Below, one piece after another: positions 1-9,036 of a stretch of 64,000 bases of DNA (positions within the stretch are counted from its first letter, which is position 1; each line of letters starts with the position of its first letter). This stretch comes from an uncultured Gammaproteobacteria bacterium. GTDB lineage: Bacteria > Pseudomonadota > Gammaproteobacteria > Steroidobacterales > Steroidobacteraceae. The stretch is taken from positions 32,891-96,890 of the forward strand of contig CAWJVD010000002.1 of assembly GCA_963846225.1 (NCBI GenBank). The letters run 5' to 3'. The position numbers and the translations under genes were made by a program. The notes below the pieces were generated by a model, which saw only the letters and a list, made by a program, of their open reading frames with translations, ran no database searches and was not told where the DNA came from.

Positions 1-227
1 ACGATGAAGATCGGCAAGATTCTTGCGGGCATGATGGCAGTCAACCTGACCTCGCGCGGGACGTTTTCAACACTTTGTAATCGCGCGAGCTTACGCCGAT
101 GGTGTCGAGCTTGCTTTGCTAGAATGAGTGAGCATTCGATGCGGCTGTTTGAGGCGCGCTGAACCGCGGCGCTTGCGTCTGCGTCTGAGTGTTTCGCCGC
201 GCTCATCGAGCCCTCCCGGAGCCAGCT

Positions 228-845
228 ATGCATTACCCGCGCTTTTCCCTCCGCCTCGCCTCCATGGCCGTCTTGGCCGCACTGCTGTGCGGTCCCGTGT
301 GGGCCGAGGCGCCCGACAACGCCTCAGGCGCTGTTCCCGCCGTATGGACGCCGAAGGAGATACGCTTTGTCTACATGGGTTTCACGACCAGATTTTCCTG
401 TGATGGCCTGGCCGACCGGATGCGCCAGGTGCTGCTGCTGCTCGGGGCCCGCAAGGACCTGCGGGTAAGCCCCACGGCGTGTGCGAGCGGCTTCGGCAGG
501 CCAGATCCGTTCCCCGGCGTGACCATCAAGATGAACGTACCGGAGCCGGCGGATAGCAAGGGTGCCCAGGGCAACGCGCCAGCGCAAACCGTGCCGGCGC
601 ACTGGAAAATGGTGGACGTCGATTCCGCGCTGGCCCGGGATCCATTGTGGCGGGCCGGACAATGTGAGCTGCTCGAGCAGATCAAGCAGACCATCCTGCC
701 GATGTTCTCCGCGCGCAACGTTCGGTATCAATCCACCTGTATTCCCAATCAACTGGAGGTTGGCGCAACGCAGCTGAAGGCGGAATTGCTGATCGCGGAT
801 CCGCAGGATACCAACAGCGCAAGCTCGCCCGCGACCGGTCACTGA
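228..845 (+). CDS. hypothetical secreted protein
   Basis: Lies in ORF 189..845. The internal ATG at 228 gives a signal-peptide-like N-terminus, MHYPRFSLRLASMAVLAALLCGPVWAEA. Several Cys residues. No family recognised. Confidence 0.5.
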   Translation: MHYPRFSLRLASMAVLAALLCGPVWAEAPDNASGAVPAVWTPKEIRFVYMGFTTRFSCDGLADRMRQVLLLLGARKDLRVSPTACASGFGRPDPFPGVTIKMNVPEPADSKGAQGNAPAQTVPAHWKMVDVDSALARDPLWRAGQCELLEQIKQTILPMFSARNVRYQSTCIPNQLEVGATQLKAELLIADPQDTNSASSPATGH

Positions 846-881
846 CCGCGCGTTGGGAGCACCGCCAGCTCCCTGGCAATC

Positions 882-2147
882 ATGAAGAACAACAGGGCGC
901 CGCCCGTCGCGCCATCGAAGGCCCCGTATGCACTCATCGTGCTGCTGGGCGGGGCGCTGATGATCAATTATGTCGACCGCGGCACGATCTCCACCGCCGC
1001 CCCGCTCCTCGAACGTCAGTTGGGGCTTTCCCCCAGTCAGCTCGGGTGGGTGCTGTCGGCATTCTTCTGGGCGTACGTTCCCTCACAGCCGCTCATGGGT
1101 TGGTGCACCGACCGGCTGGGCGCCGCGCGGGTGCTCGCGGCCGGCTTCGCGCTCTGGTCCGTGGCGACCGTGCTGGCAGGCTTGTCGGCGGGAGTCGCGG
1201 CGCTGGTCGCCGCGCGGCTGCTGATGGGAGTAGGGGAGTCGGTCACCTACCCGAGCGCGCTGGCGTTGCTCGCACAGCGCGTGACGGATCGCTACCGCGC
1301 CCGCGCCACCAGCGTGTTGCAGCTCGGCGGAATGATCGGACCGGCGCTGGGAACGTTTCTCGGCGGCCTGATCATGGTGCACTACGGCTGGCGTACGATG
1401 TTCATAGCGCTCGGCCTCGGCTCGCTCCTGTGGCTGCTGCCCTGGTGGCGGCAGATGCGGATCGCACCGGTGGCTGCGCAGGCCGCACCTGCTGGCGCGG
1501 CTGGCGGCCCTTCGTTTGCAGACATTCTGCGTCAGCGCGGCCTGTGGGGGGCGATGCTTGGCAACTTCTGCTCGAATTACGCCTTCTACTTTGTTTTCAC
1601 CTCGCTGCCGCTGTACCTGGTTCACGAGCGTGGGCTGTCGCTGTTGTCGATGACACACCTGACGAGCGCCTTCTACCTGATCGACTCGATCAGTGTGATC
1701 GCGACCGGCTGGTTGCTCGATGCCTGGATACGCCGGGGTGCGAGTGCCAATCGCGCTTACAAGAGTGCACTGGTCCTGAGCGCTGCCGGGGTCGGTGTGT
1801 GCCTCATCGCCTCAGGGAACGCGGGTTTGAACGGTGCGGCGCTGCTGCTGCTCGCCGCCGCCGTGATGGACGGACTGAATGCGCCGGCGGTCTGCTCACT
1901 CGTGCAGCACTTTGCCGGACCGCTCGCGACCGGTCGCTGGATGGGAGTGCAGAACGCGGTGTCGAATGTCGCCGGCATGGTTGCACCGGTCGTGACGGGT
2001 TACACGGTCGAAGCCACCGGACACTACGCTGCGGCGCTGTGGCTGGCAGGCGTGGTGGCGATGGTCGGGCTCATCGGGTGGCTCCTCATCGTGCCTCCTG
2101 TGCGCCCGGTCGACTGGGCCGCGGACAGGCAGAGGCTTCCGGCCTAG
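882..2147 (+). CDS. MFS transporter (anion:cation symporter-like)
   Basis: 421-aa ORF with a multi-TM hydrophobic pattern. The MFS loop motif GWCTDRLGAARVL follows TM2. Confidence 0.8.
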   Translation: MKNNRAPPVAPSKAPYALIVLLGGALMINYVDRGTISTAAPLLERQLGLSPSQLGWVLSAFFWAYVPSQPLMGWCTDRLGAARVLAAGFALWSVATVLAGLSAGVAALVAARLLMGVGESVTYPSALALLAQRVTDRYRARATSVLQLGGMIGPALGTFLGGLIMVHYGWRTMFIALGLGSLLWLLPWWRQMRIAPVAAQAAPAGAAGGPSFADILRQRGLWGAMLGNFCSNYAFYFVFTSLPLYLVHERGLSLLSMTHLTSAFYLIDSISVIATGWLLDAWIRRGASANRAYKSALVLSAAGVGVCLIASGNAGLNGAALLLLAAAVMDGLNAPAVCSLVQHFAGPLATGRWMGVQNAVSNVAGMVAPVVTGYTVEATGHYAAALWLAGVVAMVGLIGWLLIVPPVRPVDWAADRQRLPA

Positions 2148-2186
2148 CGCAGCCGCGCACCCGTGCATGCCCGGGGCCGAAGAGCC

Positions 2187-3527
2187 TCAGAAGGGGAAGA
2201 CCCGCGCGCGCTCCTGGTCCTTGAGGATGTCGCGCGCCGCAAGCAGCAGGTGCGCGGTGGCCCACAGTCCCGTGGGCACCAGGCACAGCATCGCCAGCCT
2301 CAGCGAGTCCGCATTGGAGATGTGATTGGGCGCGAACCAGTCGCTCAGGGCGCCGATCAGCGGGGGTGCGATGACGAGATTGCCGAGGTTCGCCAGGAAC
2401 AGCACCATGGCGCAGAACATCGCCCGCATGCGGCACTGCGCGAGATTGTTGAGCAGCCCGAAGCCCGGACCGATATAGAAGTAGATCGCCGGGATGAAGA
2501 TCCACAACATCGCCTTGGCAAGGGCGAGATCGCGGGTGTAGTACACCACCCCCGAGGCGACGGTTGCGATGCCGATACCTCCGGCGAGCAGCCACACGAT
2601 GCGGCGTGCATCGCTCATTCCGCCGCGGGCCATCAGGAAGCCGGTCACCAGCGTCGCGATGCCTCCCCCCCACAGGTGCATGTTCTGCGTCACTGCGCTC
2701 GCTTCGCCGACGCTCATGTGGTAAGTGCGCTGCAGAAAGGCCGGGGTCCAGAACATGAGCCCCCAGCCCCACAGCGCGCACACCGCGGTGCCCGCCATCA
2801 CGTGCACCGCGGAGCGCTGTTGCCACAGGAACCGCATCGTGGTGGCGACCGATGGCGACTCGCCGTCGTCGCCGGCATCGAGACACCCGCGCCGCGGCTC
2901 GCGCACCGTGAGCCACACCGCGAGCCCGGCCAGCACGCCCGGAACGCCGAGCGCAAAGAATACGGCGCGCCAGCCGTAATGATCGGCGATGGCGCCGGCG
3001 ACGTTGTAGCCCACCCAGGCGCCGATCGGCGCGCCGAGCGCGAAAACCGTGAGCGCCATGGCGCGCCGGTTCGCAGGGAAGTAGTCGGAGAGGAGTGAAT
3101 TTGCACCGGGCGTGCCGCCGGCCTCGCCGATGGTCACCCCGACGCGGGCGAAGAAGAACTGCCATGAAGTGCGCGCCAATCCGCACACGGCGGTCATCAT
3201 CGACCACAGCACCAGGCACGCCGCCACGATGTTGCGCCGGTTCTTGCGGTCGATGAGCCAGGATAGCGGGAACCCCAGCACGACGTAGAACAGTCCGAAT
3301 GCCGCCCCCGTGAGCCAGGCGACGCCGGAGTCGGTGAGATGCAGCTCGATGCGGATCGGCTCGAGCACGGTGGACACCACGTAGCGATCGGCGATGCTCA
3401 TGGTGTATACGAGGCACATCATGATGAGCACGTACCAGCGCTCCAGGAGCGTCGCGGACTGCGGGAGCGACGCCGCCACCGCCACGGCATCGGGCGCGAG
3501 GGACGACTGCATCTCGTTGCTGCTCAT
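2187..3527 (-). CDS. MFS transporter
   Basis: 446-aa ORF. N-terminal LVYTMSIADRYVVS and loop LIDRKNRRNI are typical of MFS_1. About 12 hydrophobic segments. Confidence 0.8.
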   Translation of the reverse strand: MSSNEMQSSLAPDAVAVAASLPQSATLLERWYVLIMMCLVYTMSIADRYVVSTVLEPIRIELHLTDSGVAWLTGAAFGLFYVVLGFPLSWLIDRKNRRNIVAACLVLWSMMTAVCGLARTSWQFFFARVGVTIGEAGGTPGANSLLSDYFPANRRAMALTVFALGAPIGAWVGYNVAGAIADHYGWRAVFFALGVPGVLAGLAVWLTVREPRRGCLDAGDDGESPSVATTMRFLWQQRSAVHVMAGTAVCALWGWGLMFWTPAFLQRTYHMSVGEASAVTQNMHLWGGGIATLVTGFLMARGGMSDARRIVWLLAGGIGIATVASGVVYYTRDLALAKAMLWIFIPAIYFYIGPGFGLLNNLAQCRMRAMFCAMVLFLANLGNLVIAPPLIGALSDWFAPNHISNADSLRLAMLCLVPTGLWATAHLLLAARDILKDQERARVFPF

Positions 3528-3539
3528 GCCTGCGGCAGG

Positions 3540-5171
3540 TTACGCCTGCGGCGCGCGGCTGTCTTGCAGAATGAGGTCGGCGGCTTTCTCCGCGAGCATC
3601 ATGGTGGGTGCATTGGTGTTGCCGGAGGTGACGTTGGGAAACGCGGACGCGTCAACGACGCGCAGCCCCATCACGCCCCGCACCCGCAGCCGTGCATCGA
3701 GCACCGAGGTGCGCGGATCCGCTCCCATGGCGCAGGTGCAGCTGGCGTGAAAAACCGAGCCCGCGCGCTTGCGGAAATCCGCGAGCAGATCGGCTTGCGC
3801 CTGCAGCGCGGCTCCCGGCTCGCGCTCGCTCTCGATCACCTGCGCAAGCGCCGCGGCGGATGCGATACGACGCACGACCCGTGACCCCTCGTACACGTCC
3901 TGCACATCCGCATCCGTCGAGAGCGAATTCGGAAGAATGGCGGGGCTCGCGAGCGGTTCGGGCGAGCGGATGTGGATGCTGCCGCGGCTCGTGGGGCGGC
4001 AGGTGTTGAACGACATCAGGAAACCCGGATAGGGGTCGGGCTGCATCAGACGCCGCTTCGGGCCCGTCGTGGTCGTGCTGTAACTGGCGGGGTTGAAATA
4101 GATGTGCAGGTTCGGGCGCGTGAGCCCCACCCGGCTGCGCACGAACGCGCCCGCCTGGTTGACGCTCATCGCGAGTGGGCCGCGTCGACCGAGCGCATAG
4201 CGCAGTGCCGCCTTCACTTTGCCCAGCAGGGGGGCGAGCTCGTCGTTGAGGGTGGGCACGCGCGAGCGGTAGAAGTAGCACACCGCCAGATGATCCTGCA
4301 GGCCGGCACCGACGGCGGGGGAATCGGCGAGGACGGGAATCTCGAAGCGGCGCAACAGCTGCGCATCCCCGATACCCGACAGCTCGAGCAGCTGCGGGGA
4401 GTTGATCGACCCGGCCGCGAGCAGCACCTCGCCTCGCGCCTGCGCCACCTGCTGCGCACCGTGCCGCAGATACTCAACGCCCGTCGCGCGTGTGCCGCTG
4501 AACAGTACGCGCGTCGCCTGCGAGCGCAGCTGCACCGTGAGGTTCGCCCGCCGCATGGCGGGACGCAGGTACGCGCTGGCGGAAGAGACGCGCACGCCGT
4601 TCTTGATCGTGACCTGCCACAGACCCGCACCCTCGGGCTGCGCGCCGTTGAAATCAGCCGTGCGGGGAATATCGAGCGTGTCGCAGGCCGCGAGAAACGT
4701 TGCGCACAGCGGATGCACGCTCGCGGATACATCGCCCACGTACACCGGGCCGCCGGCCCCGTGAAACTCGGAGGCGCCCAGGGTGTGATCCTCGAGCTTG
4801 CGGAAGTAGGGCAGCAACTCCGTGAAGGACCAACCGGGATTGCCCGCGGCGCGCCAGTCGTCGAAGTCCCCCGGCTGGCCGCGCACGTAGATCATGGCGT
4901 TGATGGAGCTCGAGCCGCCGAGCACCTTGCCGCGCGGCCAGAAAGCGCGACGGTTGTCGAGCCCGGGGTCGGTATCGGCTTCGTACATCCAGTTGTAGCG
5001 GGGATCGTGGAAGGTGCGCGCGTACCCGATCGGCACCTGGATCCACGGCGAGCGGTCGGAACCGCCCGCCTCGAGCAGCAACACCTGGTGCTTACCGTCC
5101 GCCGTCAGGCGGTTGGCGAGCACGCATCCGGCCGAGCCCGCGCCGACGACGATGTAGTCATACTCCCTCAT
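3540..5171 (-). CDS. GMC family oxidoreductase (choline dehydrogenase-like)
   Basis: 543-aa ORF with an FAD fold (DYIVVGAGSAGCVLANRL). GMC signature regions GGSSSINAMIY and C-terminal HASCTCAMG are present. Confidence 0.85.
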   Translation of the reverse strand: MREYDYIVVGAGSAGCVLANRLTADGKHQVLLLEAGGSDRSPWIQVPIGYARTFHDPRYNWMYEADTDPGLDNRRAFWPRGKVLGGSSSINAMIYVRGQPGDFDDWRAAGNPGWSFTELLPYFRKLEDHTLGASEFHGAGGPVYVGDVSASVHPLCATFLAACDTLDIPRTADFNGAQPEGAGLWQVTIKNGVRVSSASAYLRPAMRRANLTVQLRSQATRVLFSGTRATGVEYLRHGAQQVAQARGEVLLAAGSINSPQLLELSGIGDAQLLRRFEIPVLADSPAVGAGLQDHLAVCYFYRSRVPTLNDELAPLLGKVKAALRYALGRRGPLAMSVNQAGAFVRSRVGLTRPNLHIYFNPASYSTTTTGPKRRLMQPDPYPGFLMSFNTCRPTSRGSIHIRSPEPLASPAILPNSLSTDADVQDVYEGSRVVRRIASAAALAQVIESEREPGAALQAQADLLADFRKRAGSVFHASCTCAMGADPRTSVLDARLRVRGVMGLRVVDASAFPNVTSGNTNAPTMMLAEKAADLILQDSRAPQA

Positions 5172-5191
5172 CTGGTATAACCGTCCGCGCG

Positions 5192-6379
5192 ATGAAGCTG
5201 ACTGACATTAAGACCTTTGTCGCGGGCAATCCGCAACCAGGCGTCGGCGGCCGTTATTTCGTGTTCGTGAAGCTCACCACCGACGGCAACGTTCACGGGG
5301 TGGGCGAAGCATACTGTGTGCCGTTCCATCCGGAGCTCGTCGCGCGCATGCTGGTCGATGTCTTCGGGCGCTATCTGGCGGGGGAAGATCCCCACGACAT
5401 CGAGAAGATCTGGCGGCGCGTGTATTCCGCAGGCTACACGCAGCATCCGGACCTCTCCCTCATGGCGGTGCTTTCGGCGCTCGAGATGGCCTGCTGGGAC
5501 ATCATCGGCAAGGAGGCGGGGCAGCCGGTGTACAAGCTCCTCGGCGGCCGGGTGCACGAGCGGCTGCGTTCCTACACTTATATCTATGCGCGTCCCGGGG
5601 ACAAGACCGACGTCTACCAGGACCCGGAGCTGGCGGCCGAGCGCGCCGCCGAGTACCTCGCACAGGGCTTCACGGCGCTGAAGTTCGATCCCGCCGGTCC
5701 CTACTCGGCCTTCGATGGCCGGCAACTCTCGCTCGCGGCGCTCGAGCTGTGCGAGCGCTTCATGCGGCTGCTGCGCGCCGCGGTCGGCAGCGATGCGGAT
5801 CTGCTCTTCGGAACGCACGGACAGATGACCGCCGCCGGAGCGATCCGGCTGGCGCACCGCCTCGAGCCTTATGACCCGCTGTGGTTCGAAGAGCCGGTGC
5901 CGCCGGATGCTCCCGAGGAGATGGCCCGCGTGGCGCGCGCCACCCGCATTCCGATCGCCGCCGGCGAGCGCCTCGCCACCAAGTATGATTTCGCGCACCT
6001 GCTGCGCGCCGGCGGCGCGGCGATTCTGCAGATGAACCTGGGGCGCGTCGGCGGGCTCCTCGAGGCGAAAAAAATCGCCGCACTCGCCGAGGTGCAGCAC
6101 GTGCAGCTCGCCCCGCACCTGTACTGCGGACCGGTTGTGGGCGCGGCCAACATCCAGCTCTCCACCTGCAGCCCGAACTTCCTGATCCTCGAGGGCATCG
6201 AGCGCTGGCAGGGCTTCCACGCCGACGTGCTGGTGAAACCGATCCGCTGGGAGGCCGGTTACGTCATTCCGCCCACAGAGCCGGGGCTCGGGGTCGAGCT
6301 CGACGAGGCGGTCATCGCGCAGCACCCCTACAAGGGCGACCGGCTGCACCTGGAGATGGCTGGCGAACCGATCGGGTAG
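5192..6379 (+). CDS. enolase-superfamily enzyme (mandelate racemase/muconate lactonizing enzyme family)
   Basis: 395-aa ORF. N-terminal capping domain MKLTDIKTF..VFVKLTTDGNVHGVGEA. Barrel-domain ligand contexts LWFEEP and IAAGERL. Substrate unknown. Confidence 0.8.
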   Translation: MKLTDIKTFVAGNPQPGVGGRYFVFVKLTTDGNVHGVGEAYCVPFHPELVARMLVDVFGRYLAGEDPHDIEKIWRRVYSAGYTQHPDLSLMAVLSALEMACWDIIGKEAGQPVYKLLGGRVHERLRSYTYIYARPGDKTDVYQDPELAAERAAEYLAQGFTALKFDPAGPYSAFDGRQLSLAALELCERFMRLLRAAVGSDADLLFGTHGQMTAAGAIRLAHRLEPYDPLWFEEPVPPDAPEEMARVARATRIPIAAGERLATKYDFAHLLRAGGAAILQMNLGRVGGLLEAKKIAALAEVQHVQLAPHLYCGPVVGAANIQLSTCSPNFLILEGIERWQGFHADVLVKPIRWEAGYVIPPTEPGLGVELDEAVIAQHPYKGDRLHLEMAGEPIG

Positions 6380-6411
6380 AGGCGGGGGTGGGGACGCAGG
6401 CACGCGTGCGG

Positions 6412-7716
6412 CTAGAGGTTCAGTTCCGCGCGCAGCCGCTCTTCGTACCAGGTGTGGAACAGCTGCACCAGGTACTCCTTGGCGGCGAGCGGACCGGGCA
6501 CATAAGCCGGGCTCGACACGCCGCGCTGCGTCTCCTCGATGAACGCCGCGTCCTGCGCGTTGGTGGCATTCCACACGCGCGTGAGCTTGTCCACATCGTA
6601 GTCCCGGCCTTCCTCGGCGTCCGCGTGCACCAGCCACGTGCTGCGCACCAACGTGCGGCCGCGCTCGAGGGGGAGCGTGGCGAAAGTGAGGGCATGGTCC
6701 GAGAGGAAGTGGAACCAGGCGTTCGGCTGCGTGTGATAGTGCAGTGACCCGAGCCGCGCCTCGCGCAGCTCCCCCAGCAGCCGCCGCGAGGCGATGCGCG
6801 TATCGGGCGTCATCGATTCACCGGCGCCATCGAGCACCAGCCGCTCGGTGCGAAAGGCGGTGGGCCGGCCGTGCAGCTCCTCGATGCACTGCCACGGCAG
6901 ACCCGCGCGCGCCCAGATCGCTTCCAGCTCCGGGCGGGCGCTTTGGTAGCGGGCGTAGGCGGCGCGCTCCTGCGCCGACATGCGCCCCTCGTCGATCTCG
7001 CCGAAGAAGTCGAACAGCGAGCACAGCAGCTCCGGGTGTCCCGAGCAGTGGAAACACTCGCGGTTGTTCTCGATGGTGAGCTTCCAGTTGCCGTGCTCGA
7101 TGATGTCCACCTGGCTGGCGACCTTGGCGCGCGTGAGGCCGTGCGGGGCCAGGTAGGGCGTCATGCGCTGCGCCATGGCATCGAAGTCATCCGGCGGCTC
7201 GTCCGCGAGGCACACGAAGATGAGTCCGGCGAGCTGCTTCACGTGCACGCTCTTGAGGGAGCGTTGCGCGGCCGGAATCTCCCCGGTCGCTCCGCAGCCG
7301 ATCACCTTGCCCGTCATGTCATAGGTCCAGCGGTGGTACGGGCACATGAGCGTAGCACCGGCGACGCCGCTGTCCTGTTGCAGGATGCGCGAGCCGCGGT
7401 GCCGGCAGGTGTTGTGGAAGGCGCCAATCGAGCCGTCGTCGCGCCGCAGGAGGAAGATCGGCCAGGGCCCGATCTGGAACGTGCGGTAGTCCCCGCTCTC
7501 GGGGATTTCGGGCTCTGAGGCGACGAACAGCCAGTGACGCCCGAAGATGTACTTCATCTCCGCGGCGTAGAGCGCGTCGTCGCTGAAGAAGGCGCCCGGC
7601 AGCGCAACCCCCGGCCGGTACGTGCACAGAAGCGACTGCACGTGGCGGCGCAGCGCTTCGGGGGCGGCCGGTGCGCGTAGCGCCGGTGCGATCGTGGATG
7701 CAGGTGAGGCGTTCAT
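6412..7716 (-). CDS. Rieske [2Fe-2S] oxygenase, alpha/oxygenase component (betaine-demethylase-like)
   Basis: 434-aa ORF. Rieske motif CRHRGSRI...CPYHRWTY plus a catalytic domain (ENNRECFHC). No reductase partner is adjacent. Confidence 0.8.
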   Translation of the reverse strand: MNASPASTIAPALRAPAAPEALRRHVQSLLCTYRPGVALPGAFFSDDALYAAEMKYIFGRHWLFVASEPEIPESGDYRTFQIGPWPIFLLRRDDGSIGAFHNTCRHRGSRILQQDSGVAGATLMCPYHRWTYDMTGKVIGCGATGEIPAAQRSLKSVHVKQLAGLIFVCLADEPPDDFDAMAQRMTPYLAPHGLTRAKVASQVDIIEHGNWKLTIENNRECFHCSGHPELLCSLFDFFGEIDEGRMSAQERAAYARYQSARPELEAIWARAGLPWQCIEELHGRPTAFRTERLVLDGAGESMTPDTRIASRRLLGELREARLGSLHYHTQPNAWFHFLSDHALTFATLPLERGRTLVRSTWLVHADAEEGRDYDVDKLTRVWNATNAQDAAFIEETQRGVSSPAYVPGPLAAKEYLVQLFHTWYEERLRAELNL

Positions 7717-7789
7717 GAGTTATGCGGACCGGGAAGCCTCCTGGCTTCTCACTACCTTAGGCTTCCACGCTCATCTCGGGCAATCCAGC

Positions 7790-7826
7790 CTAGAAATTGA
7801 ATAGCCCCATCTAAAAGAGGCATCCG
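7790..7826 (+). repeat. AT-rich 37-nt element, copy A (CTAGAAATTGAATAGCCCCATCTAAAAGAGGCATCCG)
   Basis: Matches the reverse complement of 16628..16664 with 23 consecutive identical nt and 33 of 37 overall. Sits in the divergent intergenic region about 50 nt upstream of the 7878 start codon. Confidence 0.9.
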
Positions 7827-7877
7827 CGCCGCCGGGGCCCCCATTAGAATGTAGCGCGCTCAAGAGGAGAGACACGC

Positions 7878-9029
7878 ATGGCAGCCAGGGCCAAAACCAA
7901 ATCCACGGCCAAAACCAAAAAGACCAAAACCAGGGCCGCCTCGAGCGCCGCCGGGCGCGGGACCCGCCACGGCCCCTCAGCGGTGCGCGCCACCAGCGGC
8001 GAGCGTGATCTGCTCGCACGCCTCACCCAGGGAGCGGTGATCTGCGCGGAAGGCTACGTCTTCGAGCTCGAGCGGCGCGGGTACCTGCAGGCCGGGGCAT
8101 TCGTTCCCGAGGTGCTCTTCGATCACCCCGAGGTCGTCGAGCAGCTGCACCTGGATTTCGTGCACGCCGGGTCGGACGTGACCCAGGCGCTCACCTATTA
8201 CGTGCACCGCGAGAAGCTGCGGGTCATCGGGCGCGAGAAGGACCTGGTGCCGATGAACCGTGCGGCGCTGAAGATCGCCAGCTCGGTCGCCCGGCGCACC
8301 GGGACGCTGTTCGCCGGCGACCTGTGCAATACCAACATCTACGATCCGGCGGACCCGCGCTCGCTGCGCGAAGTCGAGCGGATCTTTGCCGAGCAGGTGG
8401 GCTGGGCGGTGGAGGCGGGCGTCGACTACTTCGTCGCCGAGACCTTCTCCTGGACCGCAGAAGCGCTCATGGCGCTGGAGGCGATCCGCAAGTACTCGAA
8501 GGTGCCGGCGGTGATCACCATGTCCATGCACCGCGAGGACGTCACGCGCGATGGGCATACGCCGGCGGAGTCGTGCCGGCGCCTGGAAGCCGCCGGCGCG
8601 GACGTCGTCGGGCTCAACTGCCACCGCGGACCTGCGACGATGATGCCCATGATCAGGGAGATCCGCGCTGCGGTGAAGTGCCACGTGGCCGCGCTCCCCG
8701 TCCCGTATCGCACCACCGCCGGCCAGCCTTCCTTCATGTCTCTCACCGACCCGTGCTGTGGGAACGCGCGCGCCTTTCCCGTCGGTCTCGATCCCTTCAT
8801 GTGCACGCGCGCCGAGATCTTCGATTTCGGGCGCGAGGCGTTCGCGCTCGGGGTACGCTATCTCGGAGTGTGCTGCGGCGCCGGCCCGCATCACATCCGC
8901 TCGCTCGCGGAGAGTCTGGGGCGCCATCCTCCGGCCAGCCGCTACACGGTCGACATGTCGCGCCACGCGTTCTTCGGCACCAACAAGCGCATCCGCAGGG
9001 TGCAGACCGAATACCAGGTAAAGCTGTAG
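7878..9029 (+). CDS. homocysteine S-methyltransferase family protein (betaine-homocysteine methyltransferase-like)
   Basis: 383-aa ORF preceded by the SD GAGGAGAG. Core motifs are AEGYVFELERRGY, DFVHAGSDV, GLNCHRGP and VRYLGVCCGAGPHHIR. Has an unusual Lys/Thr-rich N-terminal tail. Confidence 0.75.
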   Translation: MAARAKTKSTAKTKKTKTRAASSAAGRGTRHGPSAVRATSGERDLLARLTQGAVICAEGYVFELERRGYLQAGAFVPEVLFDHPEVVEQLHLDFVHAGSDVTQALTYYVHREKLRVIGREKDLVPMNRAALKIASSVARRTGTLFAGDLCNTNIYDPADPRSLREVERIFAEQVGWAVEAGVDYFVAETFSWTAEALMALEAIRKYSKVPAVITMSMHREDVTRDGHTPAESCRRLEAAGADVVGLNCHRGPATMMPMIREIRAAVKCHVAALPVPYRTTAGQPSFMSLTDPCCGNARAFPVGLDPFMCTRAEIFDFGREAFALGVRYLGVCCGAGPHHIRSLAESLGRHPPASRYTVDMSRHAFFGTNKRIRRVQTEYQVKL

Positions 9030-9036
9030 GCTGCGC

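Noticed and set aside
1-187. 52-aa ORF MKIGKILAGMMAVNL... and a TAGAAT -10-like hexamer at 120..125
   Set aside because: The ORF is short with no SD or family signal, and there is no acceptable -35 at 16-18 bp. The region is probably just the AT-richer promoter or leader of the first gene.
2086-3417. 443-aa minus-strand ORF, with companion ORFs 2163..3098 and others, overlapping the MFS gene
   Set aside because: The Arg/Ala/Gly/His-rich composition is typical of out-of-frame or antisense reading in very GC-rich DNA. The overlapping frame 2187..3527 has clear MFS features.
5168-6637. 489-aa ORF antisense to the enolase-superfamily gene
   Set aside because: It is a shadow ORF with no motifs and extreme Arg/Ala/Gly content. 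The plus-strand ORF has family signatures.
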